This document shows positions 26,329 to 36,789 of a stretch of DNA of 64,000 nucleotides, one piece after another (positions within the stretch are counted from its first letter, which is position 1; each line of letters begins with the position of its first letter). The DNA comes from Mobula hypostoma. Lineage: Eukaryota. The notes beneath the pieces were generated by a model. It was not told where the DNA came from. It saw only the letters and a list, made by a program, of their open reading frames with translations, and did not search any database. The stretch is taken from NCBI RefSeq assembly GCF_963921235.1, contig NC_086097.1:24802001-24866000 (forward strand). The letters are read 5' to 3'. The translations under genes and the position numbers were made by a program.

Positions 26329-28327
26329 CAAAGAAGAAGCATACAAATTAGCCAGAGAAAGTGGCTCACCTGAGGACTGAGAGAAATTCAGAGTTCAGCA
26401 GAGGAGGACAAAGGGCTTAATTAGGAAGGGGAAAAAAGATTATGAGAGAAAACTGGCAGGGAACATAAAAACAGACTGTAAAAGCTTTTATAGATATGTA
26501 AAAAGGAAAAGACTGGTAAAGACAAATGTAGGTCCCCTGCAGACTGAAACAGGTGAATTGATTATGGGGAGCAAGGACATGGCAGACCAATTGAATAGTT
26601 ACTTTGGTTCTGTCTTCACTAAGGAGGACATAAATAATCTTCCAGAAATAGTAAGGGACAGAGGGTCCAGTGAGATGGAGGAACTGAGCGAAATACATGT
26701 TAGTAGGGAAGTGGTGTTAGGTAAATTGAAGGGATTAAAGGCAGATAAATCCCCAGGGCCAGATGGTCTGCATCCTAGAGTGCTTAAGGAAGTAGCCCAA
26801 GAAATAGTGGATGCATTAGTGATAATTTTTCAAAACTCGTTAGATTCTGGACTAGTTCCTGAGGATTGGAGGGTGGCTAATGTAACCCCACTTTTTAAAA
26901 AAGGAGGGAGGGAGAAACTGGGAAATTATAGACCGGTTAGCCTAACGTCGGTGGTGGGGAAATTGCTGGAGTCAGTTATCAAGGATGTGATAACAGCACA
27001 TTTGGAAAGCGGTGAAATGATCGGACAAAGTCAGCATGGATTTGTGAAAGGAAAATCATGTCTGATGAATCTCATAGAATTTTTTGAGGATGTAACTAGT
27101 AGAGTGGATGGGGGAGAACCAGTGGATGTGGTATATTTGGATTTTCAAAAGGCTTTTGACAAGGTCCCACATAGGAGATTAGTGTGCAAACTTAAAGCAC
27201 ACGGTATTGGGGGTAAGGTATTGGTGTGGGTGGAGAATTGGTTAGCAGACAGGAAGCAAAGAGTGGGAATAAACGGGACCTTTTCAGAATGGCAGGCGGT
27301 GACTAGTGGGGTACCGCAAGGCTCAGTGCTGGGACCCCAGTTGTTTACAATATATATTAATGACTTGGATGAGGGAATTAAATGCAGCATCTCCAAGTTT
27401 GCGGATGACACGAAGCTGGGTGGCAGTGTTAGCAGTGAGGAGGATGCTAAGAGGATGCAGGGTGACTTGGATAGGTTGGGTGAGTGGGCAAATTCATGGC
27501 AGATGCAATTTAATGTGGATAAATGTGAAGTTATCCACTTTGGTGGCAAAAATAGGAAAACAGATTATTATCTGAATGGTGGCCGATTAGGAAAAGGGGA
27601 GGTGCAACGAGACCTGGGTGTCATTATACACCAGTCATTGAAAGTGGGCATGCAGGTACAGCAGGCGGTGAAAAAGGCGAATGGTACGCTGGCATTTATA
27701 GTGAGAGGATTCAAGTACAGGAGCAGGGAGGTACTACTGCAGTTGTACAAGGCCTTGGTGAGACCACACCTGGAGTATTGTGTGCAGTTTTGGTCCCCTA
27801 ATCTGAGGAAAGACAGCTTTGCCATAGAGGGAGTACAAAGAAGGTTCACCAGATTGATTCCTGGGATGGCAGGACTTTCATATGAAGAAAGACTGGATGA
27901 ACTGGGCTTGTACTCGTTGGAATTTAGAAGATTGAGGGGGGATCTGATTGAAACGTATAAGATCCTAAAGAGATTGGACAGGCTAGATGCAGGAAGATCG
28001 TTCCCGATGTTGGGGAAGTCCAGAACGAGGGGCCACAGTTTGAGGATAGAGGGGAAGCCTTTTAGGACCAAGATTAGGAAAAACTTCTTCACACAGAGAG
28101 TGGTGAATCTGTGGAATTCTCTGCCACAGGAAACAGTTGAGGCCAGTTCATTGGCTATATTTAAGAGGGAGTTAGATATGGCCCTTGTGGCTACAGGGGT
28201 CAGGGGGTATGGAGGGAAGGCTGGGGCGGGGTTCTGAGTTGGATGATCAGCCATGATCATAATAAATGGCAGTGCAGGCTCGAAGGGCCGAATGGCCTAC
28301 TCCTGCACCTATTTTCTATGTTTCTAT
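26329..28327 (+). mobile_element. Young 5'-truncated CR1 LINE, copy A
   Basis: Near-identical to 46404-48493; TSD tatattc at 26322-26328 and 28325-28331; ctatgttt tail. Confidence 0.93.
26558..28237 (+). CDS. CR1 ORF2 reverse transcriptase domain (559 aa open frame; endonuclease missing through 5' truncation)
   Basis: KSPGPDG, NYRPVSLTS, LDFQKAFDKVPH, GVPQGSVLGP, FADDTKL, RPHLEYC motifs, uninterrupted. Confidence 0.9.
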   Translation: MIMGSKDMADQLNSYFGSVFTKEDINNLPEIVRDRGSSEMEELSEIHVSREVVLGKLKGLKADKSPGPDGLHPRVLKEVAQEIVDALVIIFQNSLDSGLVPEDWRVANVTPLFKKGGREKLGNYRPVSLTSVVGKLLESVIKDVITAHLESGEMIGQSQHGFVKGKSCLMNLIEFFEDVTSRVDGGEPVDVVYLDFQKAFDKVPHRRLVCKLKAHGIGGKVLVWVENWLADRKQRVGINGTFSEWQAVTSGVPQGSVLGPQLFTIYINDLDEGIKCSISKFADDTKLGGSVSSEEDAKRMQGDLDRLGEWANSWQMQFNVDKCEVIHFGGKNRKTDYYLNGGRLGKGEVQRDLGVIIHQSLKVGMQVQQAVKKANGTLAFIVRGFKYRSREVLLQLYKALVRPHLEYCVQFWSPNLRKDSFAIEGVQRRFTRLIPGMAGLSYEERLDELGLYSLEFRRLRGDLIETYKILKRLDRLDAGRSFPMLGKSRTRGHSLRIEGKPFRTKIRKNFFTQRVVNLWNSLPQETVEASSLAIFKRELDMALVATGVRGYGGKAGAGF

Positions 28328-29339
28328 ATTCTATACCTCCAGAAATGAAGGCATTCACCTTCTTCACAACCGGATCAACCTGGAGGTTAATGAAACATGC
28401 TGACATATCGCAGAGAAAAAAAATCACCACAATGAGAGGACATGACAGATCCGGAACTCACTGCCTTGTCTGATCGGGCGAAAGATGAAGCTACACGTAC
28501 ATGTAGGTCAGTGACCCGCAGATCTGTGGGAAAACGTGAACAGGGAGCAGGATCACGTGACGTGTGGAGGTTCTCCCACCTGACCTGGTGAATCTGCTCC
28601 TCGCCCCTCACACGCTGCCTGACCCATCTGCCGCATTTCCCACATTATTCCATATTTACACTAGATACATATTTAGATTTTCCCTCCATATCTCTCCCCT
28701 CCCTTTCCCTCCACCTCCAGGTCATAGCGTCACCGGTTCAATTCCCATCCCAGTCCAATACACAATTCAGACCCAAACAGGAATTGTGCAGGTTTCATTT
28801 AAATCAGTCTGTGTTTATAAACACTAACTTCTATTCACATTCCTCTAGCCTCACTGGACAGGAACACTGAAACATCAAGTGAGAAACAGCAGGAGTTGGC
28901 CATTCAGCTCCTCTAAACATCAACAAGATGACGGCTGCTCTCCCATCTCAGACACATGTTTCTGCCCGATCCTCATTTCCTAGATCCCTCCAGTCTCCAC
29001 ATCTACCGGCCTCTGTTTTATGTGAGAACGATCACTGAGTCTTCACCGCCCTCTGTGGTGGAGATTTACAGACATTCACCACCCTCGGAGTGGAGACATT
29101 TCCCCTCATCTCAGTCCCGGACAGTCCATCCCCTTTTTCAGAGACGGGGATCCCTGGTTCGACTGGTAATGATGTTGTGCATTTCAATGTGTTCACCTCT
29201 CAGTCCTCGATTCTCTCAATGAAAGGGTTATCACATTTGATCTTTCTTCATATGATGACCCCACCACTCCAGGGATCAGTCTGGTGAATCTTCATTGCAC
29301 TCTCTGTAACAAATACTCTCCAACCTCTTTGTTCATCCT

Positions 29340-29620
29340 CTGTAGAATTAACTTCCATCTTCTGCAGCCCCGTGTTGCCCCAACCACTCACCTCCCACCC
29401 TGTCACTATTTCCACCTTCCCACCTCCCCCTTCACCTGGATCCACCTCTCACTCCCCAGCTCCTGCCCCAACCCCACCCCTCACCTCTCTTCTCTGACTA
29501 TTTCCTGTCCACTCTCAGTCTAGAGGGAGCGTCTCGGCCCAAAATGTTGACAGTCCATTTCCCTCCACAGATGCTCCCTGACCCGCTGAGTTCCTCTGGC
29601 AGTTTGTTCTTTGGTTCGTA
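29340..29620 (+). mobile_element. Decayed Penelope-type terminal repeat
   Basis: Pyrimidine-rich body then cagtc..gtctcggcccaaaatgttgacag..gatgct..gctgagttcctc. Confidence 0.6.
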
Positions 29621-29749
29621 TAAGGCCTCGTCACTAACATAGCGAGCTGTTTACTGTTTAACTACACTGTGCACTTCACATGCATTTTGAATTATATTTT
29701 ATTAACTTACTGTAATATTTTGTTTTATGTGCTGTGTATGATACAAGTA

Positions 29750-30325
29750 CTCTCCTATATATCGCTGCGACCCGGCGTAGATTGGGAGACCGCTTCGCCA
29801 AACGTCTGCGCTTCATCCACCAGAACAAGCAGGACCTCCCAGTGGCCACCTATTTTAATTCCGCTTCCCATTCCCATTCCCATTCCAATGCATCCATGAC
29901 CTTCTCCACTGTCATGATGAGACCACACTCAGGTTGGAGGAAAAACACCTTATGTTCCGCTTGGGTAGCCTCCAACCTGATGGTATGAACATCAATTTCC
30001 AGTAATGCCCCCCACCATTTCCCATCCCCTTTTCCTTCTCTGACCTTATCTCCTTTCCCGCCCAATGCCTTCCTCTGGTTCTCCTCCCCCCTGTTTTTTC
30101 TTCCATGTCCTTCTGTCACTTTCACCAATTAACTTCCCAGCACTTTACTTCATCCTTCCCCCATCACACCTTGTGTTTCTCTCTCTACTCCCCCACCTTT
30201 TAAATCTACTACTCATCTTTTTTTCTCCAGTTCCGCTGAAGGGTTTAGGTTCAAAACATCGACTGTTCTCTTTTCCTAGATGCTGCTTGGCCTGCTGAGT
30301 CCCTCCAGCATTTTGTTTGTGTTGC
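29750..30325 (+). mobile_element. Penelope-like element 3' part (GIY-YIG end plus terminal repeat)
   Basis: LLYIAATRRRLGDRF..DLPVATYFNS; terminal repeat with an eroded hammerhead at about 30228-30265. Confidence 0.8.
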
Positions 30326-30339
30326 TATGATATATGTAT

Positions 30340-30649
30340 GGTGTTGGCACGTGGCCAAGTGGTTAAGGCGTTGGTCTAGTGACCTGAAGGTCGCTAGTTC
30401 TACCCTCAGCTGAGGCAGCATGTTGTGTCCTTGAGCAAGGCACCTAACCACACATTGCTCTGCGACGACACCAGCACCAAGCTGTATCGGCCCTAGTGCC
30501 CTTCCCTTTGACAACATCGGTGGTGTGGAGAGGGGAGACTTGCAGCATGGGCAACTGCTGGTCTTTCGTACAACCTTCCCCAGGCCTATGGCCTGGAAAC
30601 CTTCCAAGGCGCAAATTCATGGTCTCACGAAATTAATGGATGCCTTTAA
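30340..30649 (+). mobile_element. tRNA-derived SINE
   Basis: A box tggccaagtgg at 30352-30362, B-box-like agttctacc at 30396-30404, gtgtccttgagcaaggcac core; 10-bp TSD atatatgtat at 30330-30339 and 30650-30659. Confidence 0.85.
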
Positions 30650-31775
30650 ATATATGTATTGTGGGTGCACCATGGTCCAGAGGAATATTGTTTCACTTGG
30701 CTATATATACGTACAGTCAGATTACAATAAACTTGAACTTGAAAGACCACACAACCCTAATCATCCGGACTATGCAACGGCAGTCACTGAGTCACAGAAA
30801 TGTGCAAGACAAAAACAGGCCCCTCAATCCACTTATGTCACAAAGTCTCTGAATCATAGAGGATTCGAGTCATACAGCACAAAAACAGGTGCTTTGGTCC
30901 ATGACAACAAGTGTCCCATCTAAGCTTGTCCCACTTGTGCTCATTTGAATTGAATTGACTTTATTTCTTACATCCTTGGTATACATGAGGAGTAAAAATC
31001 ACCAAGCTGTGATGCACTCAGATAGCATGTTATGGTGTATTGATAATAATTTCATATTTGTATCAAAAATGGATGAATCAATTCTTATCCATGTATACAT
31101 CCAATTACCCAAGTGCTTTTTAATGTTCATGTACCTATCTGAAAAACTTCATTCAGCTCATTCCATATACTGAGCTCTCTCTGGGTGAAAAAGCTGCCTG
31201 TCAGGTATCTATTATATCTCTCCTCTCTAATTTCAAATCTATACCCTCCATTTCTTGATTCCCCGACCCTGGGAAATAGATTGTGTGCATTCACCCTGTC
31301 TGTGCCTCAGGATTTTAATCACCATTGTGTTATTACCCCTCTTCTCCTGCACTCCAATGAATAAGCTGCAAGCCTACTCACTGTCTCCAATAATTCAGTC
31401 CCTCTGTTCATGCTGATCGATATTAATTTCCTCTACCCACATCAGAGCTCTGTCCTGTGCCTTGCCTATTCAAGTGCTCGTTTAAATGCCTCTTGTCATA
31501 TACCCCACTGTTCAATGAGATTCCTTGCTTGTGTGAAGCTCACACAATGTTTACATTGTAAATACATGTTCGTACTAATGTACTTATGCTCACTTCACTT
31601 CACATCCATATTCTAGCTTTATTTTTATATAATTATTTATTCTTTAAAATAGTTGAAGGTTGTTGGTTTTGTTGCATGTCCTGCCAACACACCACAGCAA
31701 TTTCCCAATGCATATCAACGTACATGGTGAATAAAGTTGATCTTTGTTCCTTGCTCCTCACATGAAGGATATTCA

Positions 31776-32596
31776 AGGTATCCCACTGATCTCCCTCCTG
31801 GCACTTACCCGTCTAAGCGGAACAAGTGCTACACATGCCCTTACACTTTCTCCCTCACCACCATTCAGGGCCCCAGACAATCCTTCCAGGTGAGGCGACA
31901 CTTCACCTGTGAGTCGGCTGGGGTGATATACTGCATCCGATGCTCCCGATGCGGCCTTCTATATATTGGCGAGACCCGACGCAGAGTGGGAGATCGTTTC
32001 GCTGAACACCTACACTCTGTCCGTCAAAGAAAGCAAGATCTCCCAGTGGCCACACATTTTAATTCCACATCCCATTCCCATTCTGACATGTCTATCCACA
32101 GCCTCCTCTACTGTCAAGATGAAGCCACACTCAGGTTGGAAAAACAACACCTTGTATTCCGTCTGGGTAACCTCCAACCTGATGGCATGAACATTGACTT
32201 CTCTAACTTCCGCTAATGCCCCATCTCCCCTTCGTATCCCATCCATTATTTATTTATTTATACACATTCTTTTTCTCTGTCCTCTTTCTCCCTCTGTCCT
32301 TCTCACAATACTCCTTGCCCATCCGCTGGGCTTTCTCCCCCCCCACCTTTTCTTTCTTTCTCCCTAGGCCTCCTGTCCCATGATCCTCTCATATCCCTTT
32401 CTCGGCTCCATCCCTCCCCCTCCTGTCTTCTCATATCATTTTGGATCTCCCCCTCCCCCTCCCACTTTCAAATCTCTTACTAGCTCTTCTTTCAGTTAGT
32501 CCTGACGAAGGGTCTCGGCCTGAAACATCGACTGTACCTCTTCCTAGAGATGCTGCCTGGCCTGCTGTGTTCACCAGCAACTTTTATGTGTGTTGC
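31776..32596 (+). mobile_element. Penelope-like element 3' part: GIY-YIG endonuclease plus terminal repeat
   Basis: ORF 31737-32216: CYTC..FTCES..GVIYCIRCSRCGLLYIGET..RFAEH..VATHF..LEKQH..GMN; followed by a pyrimidine-rich repeat and a hammerhead motif. Confidence 0.9.
32497..32534 (+). ncRNA. Minimal type I hammerhead ribozyme motif (AUC variant)
   Basis: agtc-CTGACGA-a-gggtctcggcct-GAAAC-ATC-gact: stem I agtc/gact, conserved core boxes, stem-loop II; the helix III palindrome is altered (acat instead of acgt). Confidence 0.7.
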
Positions 32597-32599
32597 CTA

Positions 32600-32980
32600 A
32601 CAAGGTTGCTTCATGTCCTTCCGGTAAAATAAAATCTCTTCCCCTCTCCTCTTCTTCAATTCCCTACTCTCGCCTCTTACCTCTTTCTCACCTGCCTATC
32701 ACCTTCCTCTGGGTCCCATCCTCCTCCTCTTTCTCCTATGGTCCACTCTCCTCTCCAACCAGATTCCTTCTTCTCCAGCCCATCGTCTTTCCAACCCGCC
32801 TAGGTCCACATATCACCTTCTAGCTATCCTCCTTTCCCTCCCCCCAGCTTTTTATTCTGGCATCTTCCCCCTTCCTTTTCAGTCCTGAAGAAGGAATTCG
32901 GCCTGAAACGTCAACTGTTTGCTCATTTTCATGGATGCTGCCTGACCTTGAGCTCCTCCAGCTTTTTGTGTGTGTTGCTG
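32600..32980 (+). mobile_element. Second Penelope-type terminal repeat (different subfamily) in tandem
   Basis: Pyrimidine-rich body, hammerhead motif at 32880-32917, gatgctgcctgacc..gagctcctccagc..tgtgtgttgc end. Confidence 0.75.
32880..32917 (+). ncRNA. Minimal type I hammerhead ribozyme motif
   Basis: cagtc-CTGAAGA-aggaattcggcct-GAAAC-GTC-aactg (one stem I mismatch). Confidence 0.65.
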
Positions 32981-33700
32981 CAGATGGAATTTAATTCAAA
33001 GTTAGATGTTGCACTTTGGGAGGACCAACCATGCTAGGGCTTACATGGTGAGTGGCAGGGCACTGAGGGGTGAGTTAGCACGGAGGAACCTGGGAAGACA
33101 GATTCACAGTTCCTGGAAAGTGGAATCACAGGTAGATAGGGTCATTAAAAAAAATCATTTGGCACATTGGCTTTCATAAATCAAAATATTGATTACAGGA
33201 ATCAGGATGTTATGTTGAAGTTGTATAAGACATTGGTGAGGCCTAATTTGGAGTATTGTATGCATTTTTGGTCACCTACCTACAGTAAGGATGTCAGTAA
33301 GATTGAAAAAGCACACAGAAAATTTAGAAGAATGTTGCCAAGACATGAGGACCTCAGTTATAGTGTAAGGCTGAATAGGTTAAGATTTTATTTCTTAGAG
33401 TGTGAGAAGAGAATGAGGGGAGATTTGATAGAGGTGCACAAAATTATGAGAGGTACAGATAGGGTAAATGCAAGTAGTATTTTTCCACTGAGGTTGGGTG
33501 AGACTAGGACTAGTAGTCATGGGTTAAGGGTGAAATGTGAAATGTTTAACAGGAACATGGGAGGGAATTCCTTCACAGAGAGTGATGAGAGTGTGGATTG
33601 AGCTGCTAGCAGAAGTGGTGGATGCACGTTTAGCACAGAATAGATGGGCCGAGGGACTTGTTTCTGTGCTGTACTGTTCTATGACTCTGTGACTCTATGT
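32981..33700 (+). mobile_element. CR1 LINE 3' fragment
   Basis: ORF 33167-33601: LYKTLVRPNLEYCMHFW..MRGDLIEV; atgactct tail. Confidence 0.8.
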
Positions 33701-33789
33701 TCTCATTTTTTTTATTATTTGCAGGATTTGCCTCCTTTGCACATATTTGGCAGACTTTACTCATGTATAGTTTTTCATAATTTCTTTTG

Positions 33790-34323
33790 TATTTGAAGCG
33801 ATTGGCATGTCAACAAATACACTCAAAATCTTCTATAGTTGTACTGTGGAGAGCATACTGACAGGCTGCATCACTGTCTGGTATGGAGGGCTACTGCACA
33901 GGACCGAAAGAAGCTGCAGAGGGTTGTAAATCTAGTCAGCTCCATCTTGGGTACTAGCCTACAAAGTACCCAGGACTTCTTTAGGGAGCGGTATCTCAGA
34001 AAGTCAGCATCCATTATTAAGGACCTCCAGCACACAGGGCATGCCCTTTTCTCACTGTTACCATCCGGTAGGATATACAGAACCCTGAAGGCACACACTC
34101 AGTGAATCAGGAACAGCTTCTTCCCCTCTGCTAACCAATTCCTAAATGGACTTTGAAGCTTTGGACACTACCTCTCTTTTTTTTAAAATACAGTATTTCT
34201 GTTTTTGCACATTTTTCAATAATCTATTTAAAATACATAATTGATTTACATGTTTATTTATTATTATGTTTTATTTTATTTATTTTTTTCTCTGTCTGCT
34301 AGATTATGTATTGCATTGAACTG
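33790..34323 (+). mobile_element. Rex1/Babar-like LINE 3' end
   Basis: AQDRKKLQRVV..ASIIKDLQHTGHALFSLLPSGRIYR; tail interrupted by an LTR at 34324. Confidence 0.8.
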
Positions 34324-36700
34324 TGTTACGAACCCACAGGTTTTGTTTATTGTGGACTGTCACCTCAAGAGTGTTTAAATAAGGTAGGACTATGATGTTG
34401 TTCACTGACTGACTTGCAGCTTGTTTAACTTTAAAACAAGGACACAGACAGACACGGTCAGAAGTCAGTCGAGAGAGAGAGAGAAACTGGGAAGCTGGTA
34501 GCTTCAGCTTGTTGCAGCTGAGGCTAGGAACTCTCTTATGCCCACAAGGGTGGGTTAAACATTGGCACGGAGTGCATAACAGAATGTGTGTCTGTCACTT
34601 TGTATAATCCTAATGGAGTGGATTTTTCGGGATATCCTGTGGAGACCATTCATGTGTTAACACTTGCCTGGTTATGTTGTGTGGTAATACCTTGAAGACG
34701 ATATCCCTGTGACAGATCACTTTCGGTGATAACTTGTATGTAGATTTGGAACAAAATGACGGACAAGATCTTCACGACAATTGTTTTGTTTGCCTGTAGA
34801 ATTCAACGTAACCACTTTTTTTTCTACGTTTCACCCTGGATTACAAATATCTCTCTCCTATCATACATTCCGTGGATAAACTGAACTTTCCTACTTTACC
34901 ATCTTAAGACTCTAAGCTTTGTTTCCCCAAGCTTAACTTAGTTTGGGACCAATATTACACATATACATACACATAATACTGTTAACATTTGTTTATCTTG
35001 GTTAAGTTACAATATTATAAATAGGTAATAATAAAGATCGAGGTTTTAACATTAAAACCAGACTCCAGTGTGAACTCTACTGCTGCTGGTTTGTTTCTAA
35101 AACATTTCAGTTCGTAACAAAATTGGGGGCTCGTCCGGGATATGAACAAATTCGGAGCTTATTGATCAATTGATTATCGATCTTATTGGCTACTTCTCTT
35201 TTGACTTATTTGTGTGTGGAAATCAGCAGCAATGGATATTGGTAAATTTCTGGCATCACCAGACCTTGGGGAATTGGGGGACGGCAGAAAAGATGATTTG
35301 GTGGCTGCTGCTAAAAAGCTGAGACTTGTTTCGATTAAGCAGTCTATGAGAAAGCCAGAGATTCAGAGCAAAATATTTGAGCACTATATAGCTGCGAAGG
35401 TGTTTGTTGAGGGGGCGTTAGATATGTTTCCTGAAAGTAAACCAGTTAGCCCCGAACTCCAGTTATAGCTGGACCAATTAAGGTTCGACCAAGAGAGACT
35501 TAGATTAAAAGCTGCTGAAAAAGACAAACAGAGGCAGTTTGCAGCTGAAGAAGCTGAAAAACAGATGGAGGAAAATGAAAGACAAAGGAGGTTTGAGTTA
35601 GAGAATTTAGATGAGTTAGGGAATTTAGATAAGCTAGAGCAAAGGGGTCTAGCTTTTGACTCTGGTGAGAAGTTTGTGGCCAGTCAGGAAGTTAAATTGG
35701 TCCCTCCATTTAATGAAGCTGAGGTTGATAAATACTTCCAACATTATGAGAAAGTGGCCGAAAGAAAGCTGGTCTCCTTTGTTACAGAGTGTATTTAGGG
35801 GTAACGTTCAACAAGCTTACTCTGCTTTGTCAATTGGAGATGCAGCTAATTACGAGACAGTGAAACAGGCTGTGCTTAAAGCCTATGAATTGGTTCCAGA
35901 AGCCTATGGACAAAGGTTTAGAAATTTGAGGAAATCTGTGAACCAGACTTATGTAGAATTTGCTTATGAGAAGCTTGCTTGTTTTGACCGATGGTGCACA
36001 TCTAAGAATATGGATGATGATTTTGACAACTTGAAACAGTTGGTTTTAATTGAAGAATTTAAAAGGTGCATCCCTGATGACATAAAGACATATTTAGATG
36101 AAAAGGATGCTGCCACTTTGCAGGAGTCTGCTAGATTAGCAGATGAATTTGCTTTAACCCACAAGGTTAAGTTTACCTTGAGTAAGAGCTTCCCAAAGAG
36201 TAGCATTGATATTCTGGGTAAACCAGAAATTAAATCTGGGACGAGTGACAAGTGTAAGGATGAAAGGAAGCAAATGAAGGAAAAATATTCTGGTCTTACT
36301 TGTTACTATTGTAAGAAAGCTGGTCAAATGGCTAATTGTTCCGTCCTGAAGAAGAAGAAGGAAAAGGAGGTAGTCCCAAATGCTTGTAGTCAGCGTTGTG
36401 AAACACCTATAAACTCACAGGGTTCTGCACATTCTGATGAGGCTCAATTAAGGACTGAGAAGTCTGACCGAGTTAAGAAAGGATCCAATCATTTTATGTC
36501 AGATGGGTTAATATCAGTAAAGGAATAGTCAACCCTGGTACCAGTGAAAATTCTTCGAGATACTGGGGCATCTCAGTCACTTATATTAGACAGCTTTCTA
36601 AAATTTGGTGATGAGACTGACACCAGTGAGGTAAATCTTATTAAAGGCAAAGATAATGTAATTGCTGATTGTTTTTCCAGATGTTAAGCTTGCAATGTAT
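34324..36700 (+). mobile_element. Gmr1-like Gypsy element: 5' LTR, tRNA-Pro PBS, SCAN-type gag, internally deleted pol
   Basis: LTR 34324-35119 with 9-bp terminal inverted repeats tgttacgaa/ttcgtaaca; PBS tgggggctcgtccgggat at 35124-35141; no 3' LTR seen. Confidence 0.88.
35232..36687 (+). pseudogene. gag (SCAN-like capsid CTD, degenerate CCHC knuckle) plus protease start fused to RNase H end
   Basis: VLKAYELVPEAYGQRFR..FDRWC..LVLIEEFKRCIP..ARLADEF; CYYCKKAG..NC; ILRDTGASQSL; IKGKDNVIADCFSRC*. Confidence 0.85.
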
Positions 36701-36789
36701 TTTTTTGAATAGTGAAGTAGAATCTGGTATTTGTAAACACTTCTGCAATATGTTTTATGATTATCATTATCATCTGTGGTGGCCAGCAT

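Larger units (their letters stand above)
25710..28390 (-). mobile_element. Older CR1 3' fragment hosting the young CR1 insertion
   Basis: ORFs 25987-26346 and 25800-26159 (LVRPHLEYCVQCW..RTRGH); sequence resumes at about 28332 (tatacctccagaaatg). Confidence 0.8.

Noticed and set aside
27145..28260. Long antisense ORFs (134 and 230 aa) over the CR1 RT
   Set aside because: Shadow frames of the RT; no independent motif, and the frame is broken differently in copy B.
23730..30265. Functional ribozymes at 23730, 29516 and 30228
   Set aside because: The CUGANGA and/or GAAA core is mutated; counted only as decayed copies.
30345..30420. Possible tRNA gene
   Set aside because: The tRNA-like head continues into a SINE body and the whole unit is bounded by a 10-bp TSD.
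35656..36528. Host ZSCAN gene
   Set aside because: It lies behind an LTR and PBS, is followed by a protease motif, has frameshifts, and has no C2H2 array.
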